Positions 30,419-43,369 of a stretch of 64,000 nucleotides of DNA are shown here, in pieces. Position 1 is the stretch's first letter; each line of letters begins with the position of its first letter. The position numbers and the translations under genes were made by a program. Source of the DNA: Phyllobates terribilis (Eukaryota); assembly GCF_046119375.1 (NCBI RefSeq), contig NW_027362769.1:360592001-360656000 (forward strand), given 5' to 3'. The notes beneath the pieces are model-generated. The model was not told the DNA's origin. It did not search any database and was given only the letters and a program-made list of their open reading frames with translations.

Positions 30419-30434
30419 GGCTCTTAGAAGAGCC
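30419..30434 (-). terminator. Histone 3' stem-loop (H2A)
   Basis: GGCTCTTCTAAGAGCC on the minus strand. Confidence 0.92.
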
Positions 30435-30468
30435 TTTGGTTGTTCGGACAGATGTGGAGGAGCGGCGC

Positions 30469-31893
<1,425 letters not shown>

Positions 31894-31927
31894 NNNNNTC
31901 CGTCTGCTGCTCCGCCATCACCCCAAA

Positions 31928-31943
31928 GGCTCTTCTAAGAGCC
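31928..31943 (+). terminator. Histone 3' stem-loop (H2B copy 2)
   Basis: GGCTCTTCTAAGAGCC. Confidence 0.92.
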
Positions 31944-32140
31944 ACCACCCCGTCTCCATCAGAGCTGTGGCTGCTCCTGTGTCCTCTCCCGTCTACATCA
32001 GAGCTGTGGCTGCTCCTGTGTCCTCTCCCGTCTACATCAGAGCTGTGGCTGCTCCTGTGTCCTCTCCCATCTACATCAGAGCTGTGGCTGCTCCTGTGTC
32101 CTCTGCCGTCTACATCAGAGCGGTGGCTGCTCCTGTGTTC
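31944..32140 (+). repeat. 39-bp minisatellite after the H2B stem-loop (about 5 copies)
   Basis: Unit CCCGTCTACATCAGAGCTGTGGCTGCTCCTGTGTCCTCT. Confidence 0.92.
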
Positions 32141-33439
32141 TGTCTATTCACAGGGTATATGGCAGGTGGCGCTAGTAGAGCTGATTAACTCTTTCCTAGA
32201 CTGATAGTGAAACCTATGAATGAGTCCTTCACAGCTCTGATCCTTTCAGTAATCTTATGAGCGAGTTGTCCTGTGTTCAGTGGCTTTTTACTCCACCCCT
32301 TGCTCCCCAGATCTGATATTCCGGGGTCTCCTTCATCCGGTATAACATGATTCGGTTAGTTCATGTTTCTCCGAATAACATGAGACATTTGTGTAGATTT
32401 TATCTATAATTCCGGACACTTCTTTTCACAGCGGAAGAAATTACATCATTACATTTAGAAGTTGTGGAAACTACAATGAGCGGGAAATTCATAATCCGCA
32501 GAGGAAGAGGAGGAGCTAATGTTACCAATGGGTGAATTCCCGCTCAGTGCTTGATGGATTTTCTGTTCTTTGTCTTCATATAACACGTGGTCCTATGTCG
32601 GGCCGATATCGGGAACACCTGCATGTGTGCAGCGATTATTCCTCGTTTACATCACATACAGGAGTCTGTAGAGTTTCGGGATTAGGGCAGCAGATCTTTC
32701 TCTTCAGTACATTGCATCACAATCACTATTGTGGAGGACTATATACTGATCGGGGATTTATCCTACAAGAGACATTTCTAGAAAGATCAATTCTACTTTC
32801 CCATGCAGATCTCATTATGTCTCCCCGATCATCTCCTCAGCAGTTTTCCAGTAATCCATTTACAGATCAATTCTACAGCTAAAGGCAGGAGGTTTGTGAC
32901 AGGACACGTACGATTGTGGATTGCAGATTGCTGAGAGTTCATTGCTCAGAACATTACACTCTGCTGTCAGGAGCCTATAGGTCAGGCATGCAGTATAGGT
33001 CAGGCATGCAGTATAGGTCAGGCATGCAGTTAGATCCTCAGTCATCACATCCTCCTCAGGAGATTCTTTCCTGCTCAGGTACTGATCGCTCTTCTGCTCT
33101 TCCTCTTGTCCTCTCCCTCTTTATCCACTGACACTGAACATGGGCCCCGTCTCCTCCCAACCGAGAGAAGCTCCGCACTCCAGTTGTGCTTCCCTGCCGG
33201 ATAATGTCTGTCGTACAGAAAGCGGATTGCACGATGTGGAGACGATCTGGAGCTGCTGAGACCCCAGAAGGGTAACACAGGCGATGGCCTCCGCTGACTG
33301 CCACCTCCCTGACCTGTAATATAAGTACACCCCACTATTGTGCAAAAGGTGAACTGCTGAGAGAAGACACAAAATGCAGCGTCTACACACAGAGCACAGC
33401 TGTATATAGTGCACAGACTGCACAACAATTATATACAGC

Positions 33440-33624
33440 AGTGTGTATAGTATATAGAGCTGCCTGTACAGTATATAGAGCTGCCTGTACAGTATATAGA
33501 GCTGCCTGTACAGTATATAGAGCAGTGTGTACAGTATATAGAGCAGTATATACAGTGTATAGAGCAGTGTGTACAGTATATAGAACAGAGTGTACAGTAT
33601 ATAGAGCAGTGTGTACAGTGTAAA
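33440..33624 (+). repeat. 21-bp satellite, left part
   Basis: (TGTACAGTATATAGAGCAGTG)n, continuing after element B. Confidence 0.9.
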
Positions 33625-34825
33625 TGTAGCACCCTGAGGATTCGGCTGCTACAGGGGTATTGCACCTCAACCCAGAGGTGTGATATCCCACTCCCGGGTA
33701 AGGAAGGAGTGTGGAACTGAGCTCAGATAGACTGCATGCACTACATACATCCCATTCCAGAGGAGCAGGCCGACGGTACTCCCACTTAGAAATGTGCAGG
33801 TACAACCGAGCCTGTTCCTGGCTGGAGTGGGAGGGGGGTGGTACATCCCATGTAGTGTAGGGGCAGATAGGGGGAGCAGTCTGGGTAGTGATAGGAGCTC
33901 ATTGGGTGCTGGTCACCTGAGCTCACACATAGAGGGATATATAAGGAGGGCACCAACTTAGATCAGGGTCAGACGCTGAGAACAAGTCAGTTGGAGAGGA
34001 GAGAGAAGGAAACAGCAGCCCTGGAGAGAGAGAGAGTGGAGCAGAGAAAGACCCAGAGGGGGAAGACTGAAGGGACCCAAGAACCCAAATTAGAGCACCG
34101 GGTGAGGAGTCAGCAAGAGGGTACCGGAACCCAAGCTGGTGGGGGTAAAGACATTCCCCAGCCAGAGACCGGAGACCGTGGGCAGTGTCTGTCACGGTCA
34201 CCCACCACATTCACCCCGAAGGCACACCACATGAAGGGTCAGGGAACCCAGGGCCAAGGGTGTCCCAAAAGAAGGCCCGAGGGAGCTGGACCTAGGTGAA
34301 TCACTGGTGGGGACGGCTGAAGAAAGGACAGAGGGAGAGCTCAGGGCCACGCTCTGGACTTGTTTGGGGGTTGGCCGGATCCAGGACCTGGTGGACGCAG
34401 CACGGCTCGGGTGGTCACTAGCAGCTGGAGTGACCAGTACAACATCAGCAGTAAGTAAACACCCTTAACTGCACAACCCGAGTCTGTCTTCATTGCCGGC
34501 TGCATCGCACCACCACAACCCCCATCCTCTGCGCCTGTCCCCTCTGAGGCTATACCCCTCCCGTTGGGGGTTATCTCACCAAGCTGCGCACCCACCATCA
34601 GCCTCAGCGGACCCTGCTGCAGCGGCGGCCACAGTGACCGCATCCCAACGGGTGGCGTAGTCGACACAAAAGAACTTTAGTAACATCTGTAAAGCTGCCA
34701 CATAACACTTAGCTTGACGCCCTGGGCACGGGACCGGGTCACAGCCGCTCGGAGACTACAACCCCCCATCTGATCCGGTGCCGGGTATTCCCCTCAAAAA
34801 GGAATATGTCCCAGGGGGCGCGTCA
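33625..34825 (+). repeat. 5' LTR of element B
   Basis: TGTAGCACCC...GGCGCGTCA; only one difference from 37391-38591 was noticed. Confidence 0.95.
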
Positions 34826-36914
34826 ACTTTGGCGTAGTCGGCAGGATTACGTGCCCGCAACACCCGGGTACTGCGTGCCTGAAGAAAAGTGCAAGTTTAC
34901 CTCAGAAAGAAGACTCCTGCCGGTTCCGGAGGGTCCACGCCATCGGACTCCATCACCAGTCGTTTCCCGCCGATTGTCCGCCATTTCCAGCTTGTTCCCG
35001 CCATCTGCAGAGTTTCCCGCCACTGGGCGACGCTTCCCGCCAAAACCGCAGATTTCCCGCCTTGGAAGAGCAGCGGACGCCATTATGGGCGTGCCAAAGG
35101 AGGGCAGGAGGCCACCTCCCATCGTGGGCCAGGACAGAAAATGGCGCCAAAAGTGGAAACCGCCCCCACCAACAGAGACTGTGATGCTGGAGGTGTCTGT
35201 CAGCGTGAAAGAACTCCCCCTGGAGCTGACAGTCACCGAGTTGCCCCGGGACCGCCCTCTAAGTGGGAGGAGACGAAAGAGAAGAGAAAAGATGGGTGTC
35301 GCTTGGAGCAGTCTGGAGCGAGCGCACCCGGAGGCAGGAAGCCTGGAAAGGAGCAGCAGAAAAGCTCACCCGGAGATGGAAAGAGAGCAGAACAGCACCG
35401 GCCCGCTGGCCAGGAGTCTGCTAGAGACCGAGGAAGGAGGGCAGAGCAGCACCGGCCCGCTGGCCAGGAGCCTGCCGGAAGCCGAGCAGAGCAGCACCGA
35501 CCCGATGGTCAGGAGCCTGCTAGAGTCCACAACCCCGCTAGGTCTAGCGGAGATCCTAGCGCAGCTCCCCCGAGACCGGGAGTGTGCACAAACTGCCCTG
35601 GAGGGCCTCGCAAGGAGGATGGCCCGGGTACAGCGTGAGATACTGGCGGAGTGGAGCCGGGAGATGGCCCAGCAAGCAGAGACCAGTCAACGGAGCACGC
35701 TACCCTGGAAGAGGAAGCAGACCGCCTCTGAGGATGGCGCAGGAGGACCCAAGGCCGGAGACGGCGCCGAGGAGGGAGCCGAACGCATGGAGGCAGGTAA
35801 AGGGGACGCCTATACCCCAAGCCGTGACACCGCTTACCTGCCCCAGCTCCCCGTCGCAGAGTCCGAAAGTCCCCCTGCTGTGCCCGTAGCCGCCACGTCA
35901 CCGCAATGGACTAGGCCCCGACCGGAAGCCGCCGAAGCGACCCCTGTGACGTCACGCGCCTCGACCCGGAGCGTGACAAAGCAGGAAATACCACCAGCCT
36001 GGTCGCAAGGCCTAGTACCCCCGGGCGCCGCACCACCAACAGCGCCCCCTACCTCCGCGGATCCTCCGGCCTGGCCGCAAGGCCAGGTAGCCCAGGGCAC
36101 CGCCGTCCTAACGGTGCCCTTCACCTTCCAGGTGCCCCAGGCCTGGCCGCAAGGCCTGGGCAACCCGGGCGCCACCACCACCGCGCCCGCGCCTGCAATA
36201 CCTAGGGTGCCACACCTGGGGGAGGACCTCTTCGGCCAGCTCACATGGCCGGACGGGCGGCCCTTCATCTGGCCCGAAGGGTACCCTGAGCTGGAGCGGC
36301 AGCAAAGACTAGGGCCCTTGTGTGAGCCCCTAATCCCGGCTCCGAAGCCCGTGGCTCGGGTCTCGCCTCCTCTAGCAGAAGCCCAATTCGTGTGGGACCC
36401 CACGGGAGAAGATTTGATGGGGTTCACCGGAGAAACTCGGGCAGCCGCAGCTGAACGTACAGAGTGTTGCCGTCAACAGCTGGCAGAGTTTAAGAGAGAA
36501 CGGGAGGAGAGGCGGGTCAGAGAACAACAGGCCCAAATCCAGAGCGCGGAGCAGAAGAGCCGGACTAGGAGGAACCCCCGTGCAGCGCATTGTCCCCGCA
36601 CCATCGGGACAGTGATAAAGTTCAACCCGCAGCATGGGTGGGGCTTTATTCGGGACCGTAACAACCGCGGTGACGTTTTTGTGACTCGCAGAGACGTCGA
36701 GTCCCACCTGCCGGAAGGTCACAAAGGCCGTGACCTCTACGTCGGAGACGAGGTCACTTTCACCCGGCACAAGTGTGCCAAAGGACCTTACGCCCTCCAC
36801 GTACACCGCCTGACGGAGGAGGAGTTGCGGTGCGAGGAGGAGGAGCAAGAGGACCCGGACGGGTCTGAAGTAACAACCAGCTATAAGCAAAGAGCAGGAG
36901 GAAGACGCCGTTGA
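34806..36914 (+). CDS. 702-aa protein: basic/Pro-rich region, coiled coils, C-terminal cold-shock domain (about 36603-36812) and acidic tail; true start codon uncertain
   Basis: IGTVIKFNPQHGWGFIRDRNNRGDVFVT...LYVGDEVTFTRHKCAKGPYALHV follows the CSD pattern (RNP1 GxGFI, RNP2 DVFV). Confidence 0.82.
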   Translation: MSQGARQLWRSRQDYVPATPGYCVPEEKCKFTSERRLLPVPEGPRHRTPSPVVSRRLSAISSLFPPSAEFPATGRRFPPKPQISRLGRAADAIMGVPKEGRRPPPIVGQDRKWRQKWKPPPPTETVMLEVSVSVKELPLELTVTELPRDRPLSGRRRKRREKMGVAWSSLERAHPEAGSLERSSRKAHPEMEREQNSTGPLARSLLETEEGGQSSTGPLARSLPEAEQSSTDPMVRSLLESTTPLGLAEILAQLPRDRECAQTALEGLARRMARVQREILAEWSREMAQQAETSQRSTLPWKRKQTASEDGAGGPKAGDGAEEGAERMEAGKGDAYTPSRDTAYLPQLPVAESESPPAVPVAATSPQWTRPRPEAAEATPVTSRASTRSVTKQEIPPAWSQGLVPPGAAPPTAPPTSADPPAWPQGQVAQGTAVLTVPFTFQVPQAWPQGLGNPGATTTAPAPAIPRVPHLGEDLFGQLTWPDGRPFIWPEGYPELERQQRLGPLCEPLIPAPKPVARVSPPLAEAQFVWDPTGEDLMGFTGETRAAAAERTECCRQQLAEFKREREERRVREQQAQIQSAEQKSRTRRNPRAAHCPRTIGTVIKFNPQHGWGFIRDRNNRGDVFVTRRDVESHLPEGHKGRDLYVGDEVTFTRHKCAKGPYALHVHRLTEEELRCEEEEQEDPDGSEVTTSYKQRAGGRRR
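34830..34847 (+). other. PBS of element B (tRNA-Ser AGA/TGA type)
   Basis: TGGCGTAGTCGGCAGGAT, 4 nt after the LTR. Confidence 0.9.
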
Positions 36915-37381
36915 GTGCGGCAGAGCAGGTGATGTAAATAGTTACCCAATCGGGGTATAAAGGAACTGAAACTGGAACTGTTGTTGCTGCTAAAATAGTC
37001 CCCGTTGGGACCAGTGAACTGTTTTACCCGTTAACCCCTTCATCCTACAGGCTGAGGACTGTGAGCAGCCATTCCCTTTCCTCTACCTGGCCGAGGACTG
37101 AGAGCGGCCAACTTCCAACTTCCCCTGTATATAGTTGCGCGTCCTAAAGCGCCCCCTACCGGTTTTATAGGAAAACCAGTTTTTCTGAGAGACTGTCGTA
37201 CTTTTCCCGGACACACGTTGCACAGTGTCCGGAGGAGGAACCTGAAACCAGAGACGACGAGAATGTTTATATGAAAAAGTTTTATATATATATAATGTTT
37301 TATATGTTTTATATGTTCATATAAAAATTTTGTATGTTTTGGTGTTTTGTCTTACAGCCCGAGGACGTGCTGTGATTTACC

Positions 37382-37390
37382 AGGGGGGAA
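37382..37390 (+). other. PPT of element B
   Basis: AGGGGGGAA immediately before the 3' LTR. Confidence 0.88.
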
Positions 37391-38591
37391 TGTAGCACCC
37401 TGAGGATTCGGCTGCTACAGGGGTATTGCACCTCAACCCAGAGGTGTGATATTCCACTCCCGGGTAAGGAAGGAGTGTGGAACTGAGCTCAGATAGACTG
37501 CATGCACTACATACATCCCATTCCAGAGGAGCAGGCCGACGGTACTCCCACTTAGAAATGTGCAGGTACAACCGAGCCTGTTCCTGGCTGGAGTGGGAGG
37601 GGGGTGGTACATCCCATGTAGTGTAGGGGCAGATAGGGGGAGCAGTCTGGGTAGTGATAGGAGCTCATTGGGTGCTGGTCACCTGAGCTCACACATAGAG
37701 GGATATATAAGGAGGGCACCAACTTAGATCAGGGTCAGACGCTGAGAACAAGTCAGTTGGAGAGGAGAGAGAAGGAAACAGCAGCCCTGGAGAGAGAGAG
37801 AGTGGAGCAGAGAAAGACCCAGAGGGGGAAGACTGAAGGGACCCAAGAACCCAAATTAGAGCACCGGGTGAGGAGTCAGCAAGAGGGTACCGGAACCCAA
37901 GCTGGTGGGGGTAAAGACATTCCCCAGCCAGAGACCGGAGACCGTGGGCAGTGTCTGTCACGGTCACCCACCACATTCACCCCGAAGGCACACCACATGA
38001 AGGGTCAGGGAACCCAGGGCCAAGGGTGTCCCAAAAGAAGGCCCGAGGGAGCTGGACCTAGGTGAATCACTGGTGGGGACGGCTGAAGAAAGGACAGAGG
38101 GAGAGCTCAGGGCCACGCTCTGGACTTGTTTGGGGGTTGGCCGGATCCAGGACCTGGTGGACGCAGCACGGCTCGGGTGGTCACTAGCAGCTGGAGTGAC
38201 CAGTACAACATCAGCAGTAAGTAAACACCCTTAACTGCACAACCCGAGTCTGTCTTCATTGCCGGCTGCATCGCACCACCACAACCCCCATCCTCTGCGC
38301 CTGTCCCCTCTGAGGCTATACCCCTCCCGTTGGGGGTTATCTCACCAAGCTGCGCACCCACCATCAGCCTCAGCGGACCCTGCTGCAGCGGCGGCCACAG
38401 TGACCGCATCCCAACGGGTGGCGTAGTCGACACAAAAGAACTTTAGTAACATCTGTAAAGCTGCCACATAACACTTAGCTTGACGCCCTGGGCACGGGAC
38501 CGGGTCACAGCCGCTCGGAGACTACAACCCCCCATCTGATCCGGTGCCGGGTATTCCCCTCAAAAAGGAATATGTCCCAGGGGGCGCGTCA
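37391..38591 (+). repeat. 3' LTR of element B
   Basis: Near-identical to 33625-34825. Confidence 0.95.
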
Positions 38592-41500
38592 TATATATAG
38601 TGTGTACAGTATATAGAGCTGTGTGTATAGTATATAGAGCAGTGTGTACAGTATATAGAGCAGTGTGTATAGTATATAGAGCAGTGTGCACAGTATATAG
38701 AGCAGCCTGTACAGTATATAGAGCTGTGTGTATAGTATATAGAGCAGTGTGCACAGTATATAGAGCAGCCTGTACAGTATATAGAGCTGTGTGTACAGTA
38801 TATAGAGCAGTGTGTATAGTATATAGAGCAGCCTATACAGTATATAGAGTAGTGTGTACAGTATATAGAGCTGCCTGTACAGTATATAGAGCAGCCTGTA
38901 CAGTATATAGAGCTGTGTGCACAGTATATAGAGCAGTGTGTATAGTATATAGAGCAGCCTATACAGTATATAGAGTAGTGTGTACAGTATATAGAGCTGC
39001 CTGTACAGTATATAGAGCAGCCTGTACAGTATATAGAGCTGTGTGTATAGTATATAGAGCAGTGTGCACAGTATATAGAGCAGCCTGTACAGTATATAGA
39101 GCAGTGTGTACAGTATATAGAGCAGCCTGTACAGTATATAGAGCAGCCTGTACAGTATATAGAGCTGCCTGTACAGTATATAGAGCAGCCTGTACAGTAT
39201 ATAGAGCAGCCTGTACAGTATATAGAGCTGTGTGTATAGTATATAGAGCAGTGTGCACAGTATATAGAGCAGAGTGTACAGTATTAGGAGCAGCCTGTAC
39301 ATTATATAGAGCTGCATGTACAGTATATAGAGCAGCGTGTACAGTATATAGAGCAGCCTGTACAGTATATAGAGCAGTGTGTATAGTATATAGAGCAGTG
39401 TGTACAGTATATAGAGCAGCCTGTACAGTATATAGAGCAGCGTGTACAGTATATAGAGCAGTGTGTACAGTATATAGAGCTGCTTGTACAGTATATAGAG
39501 CAATGTGTACTGTATATAGAGCAGTATATACAGTGTATAGAGCAGTATGTACAGTATATAGAGCAGTGTGTACAGTATATAGAGCAGTGTGTACAGTTTA
39601 TAGAGCAGTTTGCACAGTATATAGAGCTGTCTGTACAGTATATAGAGCAGTGTGTACAGTATATAGAGCAGTATGTACAGTATATAGAGCAGCCTGTACA
39701 GTATATAGAGCAGTGTGTACAGTATATAGAGCAGCCTGTACATTATATAGAGCAGTGTGTACAGTATATAGAGCTGTCTGTACAGTATATAGAGCAGTGT
39801 GTACAGTATATAGAGCAGTGTGTACAGTATATTGAGCAGTGTGTACAGTATATACAGCAGTGTGTACAATATATACAGCAGCCTGTACAGTATATAGAGC
39901 AGTATGTACAGTATATAGAGCAATGTGTACAGTATATAGAGCAGCGTGTACAGTATATAGTTCTGTGTGTACAGTATATAGAGCAGTGTGTACAGTATAT
40001 AGAGCAGCCTGTACAGTATATACAGCAGAGTGTACAGTATATAGAGCAGCCTGTACAGTATATAGAGCAGTATGTACAGTATATAGAGCAATGTGTACAG
40101 TATATAGAGCAGTGTGTTCAGTATATAGAGCAGCCTGTACAGTATATAGAGCAGTGTGTACAGTATATAGAGCAGCGTTTATAGTATATAGAGCAGCCTG
40201 TACAGTATATAGAGCAGTGTGTACAGTATATAGAGCAGCATATACAGTGTATAGATAGTGTGTACAGTATATAGAGCTGCCTGTACAGTATATAGAGCAG
40301 CCTGTACAGTATATAGAGCAGCGTGTACAGTATATAGAGCAGCCTGTACAGTATATAGAGCAGTGTGTGCAGTATATAGAGCAGTTTGTACAGTATATAG
40401 AGCAGTGTGTACAATATATAGAGCAGCCTGTACAGTATATAGAGCAGTATGTACAGTATATAGAGCAGCCTGTACAGTATATAGAGCTGCCTGTACAGTA
40501 TATAGAGCAGTATGTACAGTATATAGAGCAATGTGTACAGTATATAGAGCAGTGTGTTCAGTATATAGAGCAGCCTGTACAGTGTATAGAGCAGAGTGTA
40601 CAGTATATAGTTCTGTGTGTACAGTATATAGAGCAGTGTGTACAGTATATAGAGCAGTGTGTGCAATATATAGAGCAGCCTGTACAGTATATAGAGCAGT
40701 ATGTACAGTATATAGAGCAGCCTGTACAGTATATAGAGCTGCCTGTACAGTATATAGAGCAGTATGTACAGTATATAGAGCAATGTGTACAGTATATAGA
40801 GCAGTGTGTTCAGTATATAGAGCAGCCTGTACAGTGTATAGAGCAGAGTGTACAGTATATAGAGCAGTCTGTACAGTATATAGTTCTGTGTGTACAGTAT
40901 ATAGAGCAGTGTGTACAGTATATAGAGCAGCCTGTACAGTATATAGAGCAGAGTGTACAGTATATAGAGCAGCCTATACAGTATATAGAGCAGCCTGTAC
41001 AGTATATAGAGCAGTATGTACAGTATATAGAGCAATGTGTACAGTATATAGAGCAGTGTGTTCAGTATATAGAGCAGCCTGTACAGTGTATAGAGCAGTG
41101 TGTACAGTATATAGAGCAGCCTGTACAGTATATAGAGCAGTGTGTACAGTATATAGAGTGCCTGTACAGTATATAGAGCAATGTGTACTGTATATAGAGC
41201 AGTGTATACAGTATATAGAGCAGCCTGTACAGTATATAGATTAGTGTGTACAGTATATAGAGCAATGTGTATAATATATAGAGCCACCTCTACAGTATAT
41301 AGAGCAGTGTGTACAGTATATAGAGCAGCATATACTGTATATAGAGTAGTGTGTACAGTATATAGAGCAGAGTGTACAGTATATAGAGCAGTATGTACAG
41401 TATACAGAGCAGCATGTACAGTATATAGAGAAGAGTGTACAGTATATAGAGCAGTGTGTACAGTATATAGAGTAGTGTGTACAGTATATAGAGCTGCCTG

Positions 41501-43369
41501 TACTGTATATAGAGCAGCCTGTACAGTATATAGATCAGTGTGTACAGTATATAAAGCAGCCTGTACAGTATATAGAGCAGTGTGTATAGTATATAGAGCT
41601 GCCTGTACAATTTATAGAGCAGTGTGTAGAGTATATAGAGAAATGTGTACAGTATATAGACCAGTGTGTACAGTATATAGAGCTGCCTGTACAGTATATA
41701 GAGCGGTGTGTACAGTATATAGAGCAGCGTGTACAGTATATAGAGCCGCGTGTACAGTATATAGAGCTGCCTGTACAGTATATAGAGCAGTGTGTACAGT
41801 ATATAGAGCTGCCTGTACAGTATATAGAGCAGTGTGTACAGTATATAGAGCAGTGTTTACAGTATATAGAACAGTGTGCACAGTATAAAGAGCTGCCTGT
41901 ACAGTATATAGAGTAGTGTGTACAGTATATAGAGCAGCCTGTATAGTATATAGAGCTGCCTGTACAGTATATAGAGCAATGTGTATAGTAAATAGAGCAG
42001 TGTGTACATTATATAGAGCTGCCTGTACAGTATATAGAGCAGTGTGTACAGTAAATAGAGCTGCCTGTACAGTATATAGAGCTGCCTGTACAGTATATAG
42101 AGCAGTGTGTGCAGTATATAGAGCAGCCTGTACAGTATATAGAGCAGTGTGTACAGTATATAGAGCTGCCTGTACAGTATATAGAGCAATGTGTATAGTA
42201 AATAGAGCAGTGTGTACATTATATAGAGCTGCCTGTACAGTATATAGATCAGTGTGTACAGTATATAGATCAGTGTGTACAGTAAATAGAGCAGTGTGTA
42301 CATTATATAGAGCTGCCTGTACAGTATATAGAGCAGTGTGTACAGTATATAGAGCAGTTTACACAGTATATAGAGCTGCCTGTACAGTATATAGAGCAGT
42401 GTGCACAGTATAAAGAGCTGCCTGTACAGTATATAGAGTAGTGTGTACAGTATATAGAGCAGTGTGTACAGTATATAGAGCTGCTTGTACAGTATATAGA
42501 GCAATGTGTACTGTATATAGAGCAGTATATACAGTGTATAGAGCAGTATGTACAGTATATAGAGCAGTGTGTACAGTATATAGAGCAGTGTGTACAGTTT
42601 ATAGAGCAGTTTGCACAGTATATAGAGCTGTCTGTACAGTATATAGAGTAGTGTGTACAGTATATAGAGCAGTGTGTACAGTATATAGAGCTGCCTGTAC
42701 AGTATATAGAGTAGTGTGTGCAGTATATAGAGCTGCCTGTACAGTATATAGAGCAGTGTGTACAGTATATAGAGCTGCCTGTACAGTATATAGAGCAATG
42801 TGCACAGTATAAAGAGCTGCCTGTACAGTATATAGAGTAGTGTGTACAGTATATAGAGCAGTGTGTACAGTATATAGAGCTGCCTGTACAGTATATAGAG
42901 TAGTGTGTGCAGTATATAGAGCTGCCTGTACAGTATATAGAGCAGTGTGTACAGTATATAGAGCTGCCTGTACAGTATATAGAGTAGTGTGTGCAGTATA
43001 TAGAGCAGTGTGTACAGTATATAGAGCTGCCTGTACAGTATATAGGGCAGTGTGTACAGTATATAGAGCAGTTTGCACAGTATATAGAGCAGCCTGTACA
43101 GTATATAGAGCTGCCTGTACAGTATATAGAGTAGTGTGTGCAGTATATAGAGCAGTGTGTACAGTATATAGAGCTGCCTGTACAGTATATAGAGTAGTGT
43201 GTACAGTATATAGAGCAGTGTGTACAGTATATAGAGCTGCCTGTACAGTATATAGGGCAGTGTGTACAGTATATAGAGCAGTTTGCACAGTATATAGAGC
43301 ACCCTGTACAGTATATAGAGCTGCCTGTACAGTATATAGAGCAGTTTGCACAGTATATAGAGCTGCCTG
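38592..43369 (+). repeat. 21-bp satellite array (4.8 kb)
   Basis: Variants of TGTACAGTATATAGAGC(A/T)G(TG/CC). Confidence 0.98.

Larger units (their letters stand above)
33625..38591 (+). mobile_element. Non-autonomous LTR retroelement B encoding a cold-shock-domain protein
   Basis: 1201-bp LTRs with TG...CA ends, PBS, PPT and one long ORF with no gag or pol motifs. Flanks TAAA/TATA form an imperfect 4-bp TSD. Confidence 0.95.

Noticed and set aside
36603-36812. CSD as bacterial csp contamination or a host YBX/LIN28 retrocopy
   Set aside because: It sits in a long ORF between LTRs with PBS and PPT, lacks YBX tails and LIN28 knuckles, and has a diverged relative in a second LTR element. The ultimate origin remains open.
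38592-43369. 21-bp satellite derived from the histone downstream element (contains AGAGCTG)
   Set aside because: A 7-nt match present in only some monomers, and the array is not next to a stem-loop.
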